NCBI GenBank assembly: GCA_011524975.1 | Contig: WTJD01000029.1 | Span: forward strand, 1 to 59,092 | Origin: Lysobacterales bacterium | GTDB lineage: Bacteria; Pseudomonadota; Gammaproteobacteria; Xanthomonadales; SZUA-36 | DNA length: 59,092 bases | Reading direction: 5' to 3' | Shown here: piece by piece, positions 27,726 through 40,440 of the stretch | Position numbering within the stretch: position 1 is the first letter of the stretch | Layout of the letters: each line of letters opens with the position of its first letter | Notes under the pieces: model-generated | What the model was told of the DNA's origin: nothing | Seen by the model: only the letters and a program-made list of their open reading frames with translations | Database searches by the model: none | Position numbers and translations under genes: made by a program

Positions 27726-28172
27726 TCATACAAGCGGCTTTTTGCGCGCCTTGTGTAGGAAACGAACGACAAAAAGCGCGATGCACGATTCCCAAACGGG
27801 AGCAGCGAGCCATGTCCAAGAGTCACCCAGCAGGGCCAATCCACGTCCAGGACTCGCGCTGGAGAATGTCATGAAAGACAAAACGCCCGTTATTCCGATC
27901 AGCGCTGTCAGCGCGACACCCAGGTAGGAAACCCGGCCGACCCTGTACGCCACGAAAACGGCCAAAAGCACAGTCGCGAAATACCAGGCGACCTGAGCCC
28001 ATTGGTAGATTGAAAATCCGGAACTGAAATAGTCGATGCCGAACAGCACCTCTAGAAATGCCAACCCAATAAGTAGGCTCCAAAACACCAGCAAAAGGCT
28101 GAAATAAGCTGCCGCCTTTCGTCCGCGCTCTGATTCCGGCGGTGAAAAAGGAATACCAGATGAGAACTTCAA
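27726..28172 (-). CDS. 4-TM membrane protein, unknown function
   Basis: 148 aa. It shares a 4-nt ATGA-type overlap with the upstream ORF at 28169-28172. Confidence 0.45.
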   Translation of the reverse strand: MKFSSGIPFSPPESERGRKAAAYFSLLLVFWSLLIGLAFLEVLFGIDYFSSGFSIYQWAQVAWYFATVLLAVFVAYRVGRVSYLGVALTALIGITGVLSFMTFSSASPGRGLALLGDSWTWLAAPVWESCIALFVVRFLHKARKKPLV

Positions 28173-28633
28173 GATTCAGCCTTTTCAATTTCTGCCGGGT
28201 GAAAAAGGACATCACGCCCAGCCCGGTCTTTGCACGCCAGGGACCGGCCTTCGCCGTCATCCTTCATGCAAAGCATGGATAGCGGGTCAAGCGACCGGCC
28301 GTTTCTGCATGAACCCGGGGCCAGTCTCACGATGAACCCATTGGCCGCCTCTGTTTTTCCGCCTTCCTGAACGCAGATCGTGGGTGTGGATCCCACATTG
28401 GGAAACTCAATCAGCACGTTGACTCTGGCACCCATGAAGCACATGTGCATCCGGTTCCTGACCCCAGGAATTACATCAGTGACATGCGACCAGCACTCTT
28501 CTTCAACATCGGGCTTTGCATCTTCGCTCCAGGCAAATGGAGTCCAGACGATGACACTCCAGACGATGGCACCCCAGGCGCAAGCAATCTGCGGGAGCGC
28601 CCATTTATTCAGTAATCGTGAATTCCGTTTCAC
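28169..28633 (-). CDS. Signal-anchored Cys-rich protein, unknown function
   Basis: The 154-aa protein has an N-terminal hydrophobic segment (ACAWGAIVWSVIVW) and 6 Cys after it. Confidence 0.4.
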   Translation of the reverse strand: MKRNSRLLNKWALPQIACAWGAIVWSVIVWTPFAWSEDAKPDVEEECWSHVTDVIPGVRNRMHMCFMGARVNVLIEFPNVGSTPTICVQEGGKTEAANGFIVRLAPGSCRNGRSLDPLSMLCMKDDGEGRSLACKDRAGRDVLFHPAEIEKAES

Positions 28634-28763
28634 TTCGAAGTCATCCAGATGGCTTTTGGCGTCCGATTAATGCGCATGCTATTTGACATGTGACGTATTT
28701 GTCAATTTGTTATAGGAACCACAATCAGGGTCGAAGCACCTTTGATCGAATGGCCGCTCTTCG

Positions 28764-28798
28764 AAAAAAAACGCCGGCTTGCAGCCGGCGTTTTCTTT
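28764..28798 (-). terminator. Rho-independent terminator of the atp operon (bidirectional shape)
   Basis: The stem acgccggc (28771-28778) pairs with gccggcgt (28784-28791). It is flanked by an A8 run on the plus strand (a T-run on the minus strand) and by TTTTCTTT. Confidence 0.85.
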
Positions 28799-28815
28799 AA
28801 TCTCCTATCGCGGGT

Positions 28816-29238
28816 TTAGCGCTTGACCGTCTTGCGCAGGCGCTCCAGCGCTTGTAGCTGGGCGATGGCCTCGGCCAGCTTGGCCTGGGCTTCAGCCACC
28901 TCCAGTGCTTCGGTGCGGTCGGCCAGTTCGCGCTCGGCCTCTTCACGGGCCCGCTGTGCGGCCGTGGCATCCAGATCCTCACCACGCATGGCGGTATCGG
29001 CCAACACGGTCACGATGTGCGGCTGCACCTCCACAATGCCGCCGCCACAGAAGAAGAATTGCTCTTCTCCGGACTCATCCACAACCCGAACCGGGCCGGG
29101 CTTCAGCTGCGTGATCAGCGGCGTATGACGCGGATAGATGCCCAACTCACCGGACACGCCAGTGGCAAACACCTGGGCCGCCTGCCCTGACCAGATCTCG
29201 GCCTGGGCCGAGACGATGTCACATTGAAACGTTTTCAT
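28816..29238 (-). CDS. atpC: F1 ATP synthase subunit epsilon
   Basis: The 140-aa protein starts MKTFQCDIVSAQAEIWSG and is the last gene of the atp operon. Confidence 0.95.
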   Translation of the reverse strand: MKTFQCDIVSAQAEIWSGQAAQVFATGVSGELGIYPRHTPLITQLKPGPVRVVDESGEEQFFFCGGGIVEVQPHIVTVLADTAMRGEDLDATAAQRAREEAERELADRTEALEVAEAQAKLAEAIAQLQALERLRKTVKR

Positions 29239-29252
29239 ATCTCGCTCCGAAC

Positions 29253-29343
29253 GGGGTCAGAGTCAAGGGACAGAGTCATTAACTTCGGGCCGAGTCTATA
29301 CAGCAATGAAGCCGTGTTGACCCTGTCCCTTGACTCTGACCCC
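29253..29343. repeat. Perfect 21-bp inverted repeat with a 49-nt spacer in the atpD-atpC intergenic region
   Basis: ggggtcagagtcaagggacag (29253-29273) is the exact reverse complement of ctgtcccttgactctgacccc (29323-29343). Confidence 0.95.
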
Positions 29344-29352
29344 AGCACTTCA

Positions 29353-30910
<1,558 letters not shown>

Positions 30911-31777
30911 TCAAACCGCTGCCGCGCCACCGACGATCTCCGAGATTTCCTGGGTAATCGCGGCCTGGCGGGCCTTGTTGTAGGCCAGGGTCAGCTCATC
31001 AATCAGTTCGCTGGCATTGTCGGACGCGCTCTTCATCGCGATCATGCGCGCGGCATGCTCGGATGCCAGGTTTTCCAGCACAGCGTGATAGACCAGCGAC
31101 TCGATATAGCGCACCAGCACGCTGTCGAGCAGCGTCTCGGCGTCCGGCTCATAGATGTAGTCCCAGATATCCCGGATGTCTTCGTCATCCGTATCCGGCA
31201 ATGGCAGCAGGCGATCCACCCGCGGCTTCTGCGACATGGTATTGACGAAGTCGTTGTAGGCCAGGAACACCCGGTCGACTTCCTGTTCGCGATACTTGTC
31301 GAGAACGATCTTGATGGCGCCGATCAGGTCTTCTATCTGCGGCTTTTCGCCCAATTCCTGAGCGTGACCCGCGATCTCCACGTTGATGTTCTTGAAAAAG
31401 GCCGAAGCCTTTTTGCCCAGCGTCACCATGCTGACTGCGACGTTGTCTTTTTGCCATTGACCCATGTCGGCCAGGACGGCTTTGAACAGGTTGGTGTTCA
31501 GCCCGCCGCACAGACCGCGGTCTGTGGAAATAACGATGTAGCCGACTTTCTTGACCTCTGGGCCATGCGCCACGGTAAAGGGGTGCCGGTATTCCGGGTT
31601 GGCCTTGCCCAGGTGGCCGATGATGCGAAGCATCATCCGGGCATAGGGCCGGGTCGCGAACATCAGGTCCTGGGACTTCTTGATCTTGCTGGCGGACACC
31701 ATCTCGAGCGCAGAGGTCACCTTCTTGGTGTTCTCAACACTCTTGATCTTGGTGGTGATTTCCTTGCCGCTTGCCAT
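30911..31777 (-). CDS. atpG: F1 ATP synthase subunit gamma
   Basis: [31 protein letters not shown] matches the AtpG N-terminus. Confidence 0.95.
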   Translation of the reverse strand: MASGKEITTKIKSVENTKKVTSALEMVSASKIKKSQDLMFATRPYARMMLRIIGHLGKANPEYRHPFTVAHGPEVKKVGYIVISTDRGLCGGLNTNLFKAVLADMGQWQKDNVAVSMVTLGKKASAFFKNINVEIAGHAQELGEKPQIEDLIGAIKIVLDKYREQEVDRVFLAYNDFVNTMSQKPRVDRLLPLPDTDDEDIRDIWDYIYEPDAETLLDSVLVRYIESLVYHAVLENLASEHAARMIAMKSASDNASELIDELTLAYNKARQAAITQEISEIVGGAAAV

Positions 31778-31810
31778 ATAACTGCTCCGTTGAGCCTGTC
31801 GTTCAGCCTG

Positions 31811-33355
31811 TTACCAGCTGCCGGTGGCCTTGAACTCTTCGACGGCCGCTTTCAGCTTGGCCTCGAGGTCGTCGTCCCAGTCGCCATGGTTAAGGGCGTC
31901 CATCAACTCGGCCTGACCCGTGTTCATGGCATCGATGAGCGCGTTTTCAAAGGCGCCGATCTTCAGCAGGTCGACATCATCCATGAAGCCGCGATCGACC
32001 GCGAACAGTGAAACGGCCATCTCAGCCACCGACATCGGGCTGTACTGGGGCTGCTTCATCAGCTCGGTCACGCGCTGGCCACGCTCCAACTGGGCGCGGG
32101 TAGCGTCATCGAGGTCCGAGGCAAACTGAGCAAAGGCTGCCAGCTCACGATATTGCGCCAGGGCCAGTCGGACACCGCCACCCAGCTTCTTGATCACCTT
32201 GGTCTGGGCCGCGCCACCCACACGGGACACGGACAGGCCCGCGTGCACGGCCGGGCGGATACCACCGTTGAACAGGTCGGTTTCCAGGAAGATCTGACCA
32301 TCAGTGATGGAAATCACGTTGGTCGGAACGAAGGCGGAAACGTCGCCCGCCTGGGTTTCGATGATCGGCAGGGCCGTCAGGGAACCCGTCTGGCCTTTGA
32401 CCGCGCCGTCGGTGAACTTTTCAACATACTCCTCGGACACGCGCGCGGCACGCTCCAGCAGGCGCGAATGCAGGTAGAAGACGTCACCGGGATAGGCTTC
32501 GCGGCCCGGCGGACGCCGCAGCAACAGGGAAACCTGGCGGTACGCCCAGGCCTGCTTGGTCAGATCGTCATAAATGATGAGCGCATCTTCGCCTCGATCA
32601 CGGAAGTACTCCCCCATGGTGCAACCCGCGTATGGCGCGATGTACTGCATGGCGGCTGATTCGGAAGCCGAGGCATTGACCACGATGGTGTGCTCCATGG
32701 CGCCGTGCTCTTCCAGCTTGGCTACCACGTTGGCCACCGTCGACTGCTTCTGGCCCACGGCCACGTAGATGCATTTGATGCCGGACTTGGCCTGGTTGAT
32801 GATGGTGTCGACCGCAATGGCGGATTTACCGATCTGGCGATCGCCGATGATCAACTCTCGCTGACCACGACCAATCGGAACCATCGCGTCAATCGACTTC
32901 AGGCCGGTCTGGACAGGCTGGTCCACAGATTTACGCCAGATAACGCCGGGCGCCACTTTTTCGATCGGAGCGAATCCATCGTTTTCGATCGGCCCCTGAC
33001 CATCGATGGGGTTGCCCAGCGCGTCCACCACGCGTCCCAGCAGGCCACGACCATGCGGCACTTCCAGGATACGACCGGTGCACTTGACCGTGTCACCCTC
33101 GGTGATGTGTTCATAGTCACCCATGATCACGGTACCAACTGAGTCACGCTCCAGGTTGAGCGCCAGGCCAAAAGTATTTTCCGGGAACTCGATCATCTCA
33201 CCCTGCATGGCGTCTTCCAGGCCATGGATACGGGCGATACCGTCGGAAACGCTGACCACGGTGCCTTCATTACGCGCCTCGGCTGAAATATCCAGCTCTT
33301 CTACGCGCTGACGGATCAGTTCGCTGATTTCTGATGGATTCAATGTTGCTTGCAT
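31811..33355 (-). CDS. atpA: F1 ATP synthase subunit alpha
   Basis: 514 aa, with a Walker A motif GDRQIGKS and the typical N-terminus [18 protein letters not shown]. Confidence 0.97.
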   Translation of the reverse strand: MQATLNPSEISELIRQRVEELDISAEARNEGTVVSVSDGIARIHGLEDAMQGEMIEFPENTFGLALNLERDSVGTVIMGDYEHITEGDTVKCTGRILEVPHGRGLLGRVVDALGNPIDGQGPIENDGFAPIEKVAPGVIWRKSVDQPVQTGLKSIDAMVPIGRGQRELIIGDRQIGKSAIAVDTIINQAKSGIKCIYVAVGQKQSTVANVVAKLEEHGAMEHTIVVNASASESAAMQYIAPYAGCTMGEYFRDRGEDALIIYDDLTKQAWAYRQVSLLLRRPPGREAYPGDVFYLHSRLLERAARVSEEYVEKFTDGAVKGQTGSLTALPIIETQAGDVSAFVPTNVISITDGQIFLETDLFNGGIRPAVHAGLSVSRVGGAAQTKVIKKLGGGVRLALAQYRELAAFAQFASDLDDATRAQLERGQRVTELMKQPQYSPMSVAEMAVSLFAVDRGFMDDVDLLKIGAFENALIDAMNTGQAELMDALNHGDWDDDLEAKLKAAVEEFKATGSW

Positions 33356-33406
33356 CGTCTTTTCCTGTCAGACCGCCATGACCGGCGACCCATGTTTAAA
33401 TCGTAT

Positions 33407-33940
33407 TTAGGCCAGTGAGCTCGAAAGGTTGGCCAGGCGGCCCTTGAGGCTGCCATCGATGACCTGGTCGCCGGCGTAAATCACCGCCCCACCCAGTACG
33501 CTGGCATCCACTTCGTTTTCCAGTTCGATATCGCTGTCGAAACGCTGTTTCAGCGCCGCGCTCATGCGCTCTGCCTGGTCCTGCTCCAGCGGTACAGCCG
33601 ACACCACGCGGACCTTGAGTCGCTGCTCCGCCGCCTCGCGCAGACGTGAGAACGCCTGGGAGATCTCCGGCAGCAGGGCCAGCCGGTCGTTCGCCGCCAG
33701 GACTTCCAGGTAGCGCCTGAAAGACGGGTTGTCTTCTCCGACCACGGCATCGGCCACCAGGCCAGCCGCGCCCGAACGGTCGAGACTGGGGGATTCCAGC
33801 CAGCTTGCCATGGTGTCTTCCGACACCGCCTCGGCAGAACCCGTCAGTGCGGCATCCCAGTTCCCCAGGGCATTTTGTGCCTGGGCCAGGTCGAAAGCCG
33901 CCTTGGCATAGGGCCGGGCCAGAGTCGCCAAGCTGCTCAT
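33407..33940 (-). CDS. atpH: F1 ATP synthase subunit delta
   Basis: 177 aa, with ARPYAKAAF near the N-terminus. Its operon position is consistent. Confidence 0.9.
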   Translation of the reverse strand: MSSLATLARPYAKAAFDLAQAQNALGNWDAALTGSAEAVSEDTMASWLESPSLDRSGAAGLVADAVVGEDNPSFRRYLEVLAANDRLALLPEISQAFSRLREAAEQRLKVRVVSAVPLEQDQAERMSAALKQRFDSDIELENEVDASVLGGAVIYAGDQVIDGSLKGRLANLSSSLA

Positions 33941-34407
33941 ATCTCGGCGATCAGCTTGTCGATCAACTCACGGTGGGCATCGGCGTCGATTTCTCTCTCG
34001 AGAATCTTCGACGCGCCCAAAACCGAGAGGCTGGCGACGGCCGCTCTCAACTCTTCTCGGGCCTGGTTGGTGGCCAGGGCGATATCGGCTTCCGCAGCCG
34101 CCACCTGGCGCTGTCGTTCGCCCAAAGCATCCTCTTTGGCCTGGTCCAGGATCTGGGTGTGGCGCTGGTTTGCCTGGTCGACGATGGTGCCGGCCTTTTC
34201 ACGGGCCTCTCCAATCGCGGTCTCGGCTTCCTTTTGCGCCTCCTCCAACGCCTTTTCGGCGCGGTCTGAAGCGGCCAGGCCATCGGCGATCTTTTCGCGA
34301 CGCTCGTCGAGCGCTCGCAGGATCGGCGGCCAGACCACCTGCATACAGAACCACACGAAGATCAACATCGCGATCGACTGCAATATCAGGGTGGCATTGA
34401 TATTCAT
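33937..34407 (-). CDS. atpF: F0 ATP synthase subunit b
   Basis: The 156-aa protein has a single N-terminal TM helix and a long charged helix. Confidence 0.9.
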   Translation of the reverse strand: MNINATLILQSIAMLIFVWFCMQVVWPPILRALDERREKIADGLAASDRAEKALEEAQKEAETAIGEAREKAGTIVDQANQRHTQILDQAKEDALGERQRQVAAAEADIALATNQAREELRAAVASLSVLGASKILEREIDADAHRELIDKLIAEI

Positions 34408-34440
34408 GCCCTTACCTCGTTTATCTGGTGACTGCTTGTC

Positions 34441-35837
<1,397 letters not shown>

Positions 35838-35860
35838 TCAGTCCCACCGGGACATTGGTC

Positions 35861-36298
35861 TCAATTGCCGGAATTCAACCCCCGATAAAGCCCGGCCCAG
35901 CCTGCGATGATTACCAGGATCATGCCGGCAAAAAACCATTCCGGCGCCAGGGGGTCGACCCACCTGAATGTCACCACACAGATGACGGCGGTCAGCGCCA
36001 ATTTCAACATCTCGCCGATCACGGCTGCCTGAAGAAATTCGCCGCTGCTCGCGCCCAACTTTCTTCCTGCGAAAATCGCAAAAAAAACGGCGGGCAATAA
36101 AGCCGCCATACTGCCGAACAGCGAAGAGTAAACTGCCGTCAGGCCCAATGGGCTCAGCGCCACCGCCAAAACCAGGGCCGAGAGCCACTGGGGCTTCAGC
36201 CATTGTCCGGTCGGCAGGGCTACTGGTTCATTTCCAGCGCTTCCGAACCCGTTTGATTCCGGTTCGGGGAGTTTTTCGGGGGCTGGATCAGCCTCCAT
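35861..36298 (-). CDS. atpI: ATP synthase protein I (AtpI-like small membrane protein)
   Basis: This hydrophobic 145-aa ORF lies directly upstream of atpB. The assignment rests mainly on position. Confidence 0.6.
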   Translation of the reverse strand: MEADPAPEKLPEPESNGFGSAGNEPVALPTGQWLKPQWLSALVLAVALSPLGLTAVYSSLFGSMAALLPAVFFAIFAGRKLGASSGEFLQAAVIGEMLKLALTAVICVVTFRWVDPLAPEWFFAGMILVIIAGWAGLYRGLNSGN

Positions 36299-36514
36299 CG
36301 ATACCGCCTCTCTGGACTGCCCTGTTCACCAGGCCGGGGTGATTACACCCGTGTTCCCTTTACAGGCGGCAAAAAGATCAGCGCCGCCAAAGACCCCCTA
36401 TTTTAACATCTCATGCCAAAGGCGGGCAACGCTGAATCATGCTTTCAAGGCCCGGCCCGGCCCAGGCCACCATCGGTGGCACCGGACCCTGCCCTGAGGA
36501 CACGCGCGGCTCGA

Positions 36515-36967
36515 TCAGGCAACCTGCTCGCGGCGGACGGTTTCGATCTTCGTATCCAGCTGGATTTTCGAATTCATCGAATTGGTGATCAGGCAATTCA
36601 CTTCTGATTTTTCCAGCAACAGCCTGGCCTTCTCCTCACGGACACCCTCCGGGATGCGCAGTTTGGCGCGGATATGAAAATGGGTGAAACGGGTGAGCTT
36701 GATGTCTTTGTCCAGGCGGCCTTCGGTTTCAACGTCCAGGTCGAGCCATTCCAGCTTCGATGCCCTGGCGATGGCTCTGAAGGTCAGAATAAAGCAGTCT
36801 GCCACCGAGGCGACCAGGAGCGTCTCCGGCGACCAGGTGCCTTCCGGTCCGCCAAACTCGGGCGGCGAAGTGGTGGCAATGGCCGCCAGGCCCGGACTCA
36901 GGATGTCGACGGCTCCCTCAGGGCCGGCCACGGCCTCTGCATGGTAGATGTGGGGAAGTTTCTGCAT
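36515..36967 (-). CDS. OsmC-family (peroxiredoxin-like) protein
   Basis: The 150-aa protein has PEFGGPEGTWSPETLLVASVADCF and SEVNCLITNS, giving the two-Cys OsmC layout. Confidence 0.75.
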   Translation of the reverse strand: MQKLPHIYHAEAVAGPEGAVDILSPGLAAIATTSPPEFGGPEGTWSPETLLVASVADCFILTFRAIARASKLEWLDLDVETEGRLDKDIKLTRFTHFHIRAKLRIPEGVREEKARLLLEKSEVNCLITNSMNSKIQLDTKIETVRREQVA

Positions 36968-37142
36968 GACTCACCTTTTGTTTGTTGAAGTTGCCATTCG
37001 GAGACGAAGCCACCTTATTCAAAGCCTGCTTCAGCGGTTTTGACCAAGGTCAGCAAAAAGTGCATCGCCGGGTATTGAATGGGTTTTGTCCCTCGTGGCC
37101 CAGCCATCGTAAAATGTCCGCAGCCTCACCCAAGCGCGCCCC

Positions 37143-38219
37143 ATGCCCCAACCCATCATTGTCAAATTCATGGCTAAAAAGCTCCGCCCGGAGACCACGC
37201 CGGCGTGGCGTCGCCAATTGCCGGACGCGGCCCCGGAATGGGGTGCATGCCGCTTTGAATTCGACCCGGAACTGCGCGAATACGACTGGCTGGTGGCTTA
37301 TGACGACCTGTCCCCGGTCGGGCCCGAGAAATTTTCCTTGAGAAAAGAAACACTGGCCTGCCCCAGGGAGCGGACGATACTGGTCACGGCTGAGCCCTCT
37401 TCCATCAAGTGCTACAGCCGTGATTACTGTGCGCAATTCGATCTTGTCATCAGCCACCACGAACCCTGGGCCATCGAGCACCCCAACCTCCTCTACACAC
37501 AGACAGGCTATCCCTGGTTCTATGGCCGTGGTGATAACGGCGTGCTCAGTTATGACGAGATCAGCAAACGGGCTCCTGTGCGTAAACCCTCGCTCATTTC
37601 CACCGTCTGTTCTGCGAAGCAGGATCCGGACACCCTGCAAAGACAGCGCTTCGAGTTCACGGCCCGGCTGCAGGAAGCGCTGCCTGAGATAGACCGTTTT
37701 GGAAAAGGCGTGCGCCTGCTGGACGACAAGGCCGAGGTGCTGGATGGCTATCGTTACCACGTGACCATTGAGAACGATGTGGCGCCCCATTACTTCACTG
37801 AAAAACTGGTCGACCCCTTCCTGGGCCTCAGCCTGCCGTTCTACTTTGGCTGCCCCAACGCGGCAGACTATTTTCCGGAACAGAGCTTTATCCCGATCGA
37901 TATATTCGATTTCGAGGGCTCGCTGGCGATCGTTCGACAGGCCATCGAAGAAGACGCCTATGAGCAGCGCCTGCCGCACTTGAGGGAAGCGCGCCGTCGC
38001 GTGCTGGAAGAACACAACCTCTTCGCCCTGCTGGCCAGGGAGATCGAGTCCCGGCATGCAGGCACCGCGTCAGCGGGGGCAAAAGGCGAGCGCATTTTGA
38101 GCCGGCGCGCTTTGCGCAACAGCGGCCCGATGGTATTTCTGCGCACGGTTTGGGAAAAGGAACAACTCCGCCGCAAAGTGGCGCGGCGCAGAAAACCCGG
38201 CCTTCAGGAAGGTCACTGA
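37143..38219 (+). CDS. Glycosyltransferase family 10-like (fucosyltransferase-type) protein
   Basis: YRYHVTIENDVAPHYFTEKLVDPFLGLSLPFYFG matches the GT10 motif (KF.LAFENS...DYVTEKL). Confidence 0.55.
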   Translation: MPQPIIVKFMAKKLRPETTPAWRRQLPDAAPEWGACRFEFDPELREYDWLVAYDDLSPVGPEKFSLRKETLACPRERTILVTAEPSSIKCYSRDYCAQFDLVISHHEPWAIEHPNLLYTQTGYPWFYGRGDNGVLSYDEISKRAPVRKPSLISTVCSAKQDPDTLQRQRFEFTARLQEALPEIDRFGKGVRLLDDKAEVLDGYRYHVTIENDVAPHYFTEKLVDPFLGLSLPFYFGCPNAADYFPEQSFIPIDIFDFEGSLAIVRQAIEEDAYEQRLPHLREARRRVLEEHNLFALLAREIESRHAGTASAGAKGERILSRRALRNSGPMVFLRTVWEKEQLRRKVARRRKPGLQEGH

Positions 38220-38230
38220 GAGGAATAAGG

Positions 38231-39217
38231 ATGAAGATACTGGTAACGGGCGGCGCGGGCATGATCGGCTCCAACCTCGTCAAGCGCCTGGTCAGAATGG
38301 ACCACGAGGTCAGCGTCGTGGACAACCTCTGGCGCGGTCAGCGCGAATACCTGCTGGACGAGAAAGGGAACCCGGCGATCGACATGGACGCTCGCCTCCA
38401 TGTTCGAGACCTGTCAGAACCGGGGGTCATCGATGACCTGTTGGCGGGCGTCGACGTTGTGTATCACCTGGCTGACATCGTTGCCGGCATTGGCTACGTG
38501 TTCAACCACCAGGGTTCCATTTTCAGACAAAACTTGCTGATCAACTCCAATGTGATCGACGCGGTCCGCCGTCAGCCGGTCGGTGGGTTTATCTATGTCG
38601 GCACCGCCTGCAGCTTTCCCCAGCAGATGCAGTTTGGCGTAGAGGCGCCGCCCCTGAAGGAGGAAGACCTCTACCCGGCCCACCCCGAGTCCGCCTATGG
38701 CTGGAGCAAGCTGATGGGCGAGTACGAGACGGCATTGCTGGAAGAGGAGTCCGGTATCCCAACCGCCGTGCTCAGCCTGCATAACGTGTACGGCCCGCCC
38801 TGTGATTTCAGTGACACCAGCGGCCAGGTCATTCCGTCCCTGATCCGCAAAGCGGTCGAATATCCGGACCAACCCTTTGTCGTTTGGGGCAGCGGGGCCC
38901 AGGGCCGCGCCTTTGTGCATGTTGACGACATCGTCGATGGCCTGGTGTCGGCGATGGACAAGGGCATGGGCCAGGGCGCCATTCAGCTGGGCCCGGATGT
39001 CTGCACCACCATCCGCGAAGTTGCCGAGACCATCGTCGAGGTTTCCGGCAAAGACATCACCATCGAGTTCGACACCAGCCGCCCGGAGGGCGACCGGGGG
39101 CGCCGTGCCGACTACAGCAAGGCCCGCCGGGTGCTCGGGTGGGAGCCTCGGGTCAAGCTCAAGGACGGCATGGAGCAGACCTACCGGTGGGTGGAGCAAA
39201 GGATGAATTCACGCTGA
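38231..39217 (+). CDS. NAD-dependent nucleotide-sugar epimerase/dehydratase (extended SDR)
   Basis: I trimmed the start to MKILVTGGAGMIGSNLV, with GAGAGGAATAAGG upstream. The catalytic YGWSK (YxxxK) motif is present. Confidence 0.88.
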   Translation: MKILVTGGAGMIGSNLVKRLVRMDHEVSVVDNLWRGQREYLLDEKGNPAIDMDARLHVRDLSEPGVIDDLLAGVDVVYHLADIVAGIGYVFNHQGSIFRQNLLINSNVIDAVRRQPVGGFIYVGTACSFPQQMQFGVEAPPLKEEDLYPAHPESAYGWSKLMGEYETALLEEESGIPTAVLSLHNVYGPPCDFSDTSGQVIPSLIRKAVEYPDQPFVVWGSGAQGRAFVHVDDIVDGLVSAMDKGMGQGAIQLGPDVCTTIREVAETIVEVSGKDITIEFDTSRPEGDRGRRADYSKARRVLGWEPRVKLKDGMEQTYRWVEQRMNSR

Positions 39218-39263
39218 ACCATGGATTTTGTGACCTCGACAGTGATGCCCCGCGCCTGATGCC

Positions 39264-40433
39264 ATGAGGATCAGCCCTCCTTCAGTGGTTCAACGAGACG
39301 GCCGCCAGGTGCTGGAGGCCGCTGTTACCCTGCAAAGCGACATCGTCGACTACCCGCCCACCCTATGGTTCAGCTCTGACCGGGAAGCGCGTTGTTTTCT
39401 GCCCGAACTTTCCGATGCCTTCCTCGTCGGGCTGATCGCATCGGCGATGTACCTGCGGGAGGACATCCATGTCGAAGGGGCAGTCAGCACGCGGCTCGCG
39501 CACGGCCTGGAGACTTACCAACAGGCCCTCAGCACCTGGTGGCCCGGCATCTTCAACAGGGTCGAAATCCATTATGGCTCACTGGTGAACCGCCGGAACG
39601 ACCCCCGCCCCAGCGGTATGGGATGCACATTTTCAGGCGGTCTGGACTCGTTCCATGCGGTCCACCAGCTGCTGCCCGAACGCGTCAAATACGAAGGGTT
39701 TTCCATTACCCATGCGCTGATGATCAACGGCTTCGATCAATTCTACGATCCGAAGCGGCTGGGGTTGGCGCAAAACATGTACAACCACTATCAACCTCTG
39801 CTGAAGGCGTGGGGCGTGGACCTGCTGATGCTGGATACCAATCTGAAGGCCTTCAGAAACGTCACCTTGAAGCGACCTGAACAGGTCCACTCGTACAGCA
39901 GCTCACTGGCAGCCTGCGCCCATGCGCTGGGTGGCATATTCGGGCGCTTCGGCATTTCCGGGCACGCCACCTACGCCTATAACCAGCTGGAGCCGGACGG
40001 CTCCCATCCGGCCACGGACCCCCTCTTAAGCAGCGACCAGCTGCAGATCATCCATACCGGCACGAATCATTCGAGATCCAGGAAGACCGAGTTGCTGGCG
40101 GATGACCCCCAGGTCCGGCAAGGCCTGCGTGTGTGTTTCGGGGCCATCGAATTTGACCCGGCCTCGGGCATGCCGATGAACTGCTGCATGTGCGAAAAGT
40201 GTGTCCGGACCATCTCGGCCCTGATCATCATCGACAAACTGGACGCGTTTCCGACTTTTGGACGGCGGCGCTACCGGAAATACGCCTATCGCAATCCCGA
40301 TATTCTCCAGGTCATCGACGATCACCATTTGAAGGACATGACAGAAATGGCCCGCCGCCATGAACAGTCCGACTGGGTCCAGGCGCTGGAACAGGCGCGA
40401 GCGTTGAAACGGGCTGCCGAGGGTGGATCCTGA
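39264..40433 (+). CDS. PP-loop (SGGxDS) ATP-pyrophosphatase-superfamily protein of unknown specificity
   Basis: The 389-aa protein has CTFSGGLDSFHAV (PP-loop) after a ~115-aa N-terminal extension. A C-terminal Cys cluster NCCMCEKCVRT is present. Confidence 0.5.
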   Translation: MRISPPSVVQRDGRQVLEAAVTLQSDIVDYPPTLWFSSDREARCFLPELSDAFLVGLIASAMYLREDIHVEGAVSTRLAHGLETYQQALSTWWPGIFNRVEIHYGSLVNRRNDPRPSGMGCTFSGGLDSFHAVHQLLPERVKYEGFSITHALMINGFDQFYDPKRLGLAQNMYNHYQPLLKAWGVDLLMLDTNLKAFRNVTLKRPEQVHSYSSSLAACAHALGGIFGRFGISGHATYAYNQLEPDGSHPATDPLLSSDQLQIIHTGTNHSRSRKTELLADDPQVRQGLRVCFGAIEFDPASGMPMNCCMCEKCVRTISALIIIDKLDAFPTFGRRRYRKYAYRNPDILQVIDDHHLKDMTEMARRHEQSDWVQALEQARALKRAAEGGS

Positions 40434-40440
40434 AGAGATC

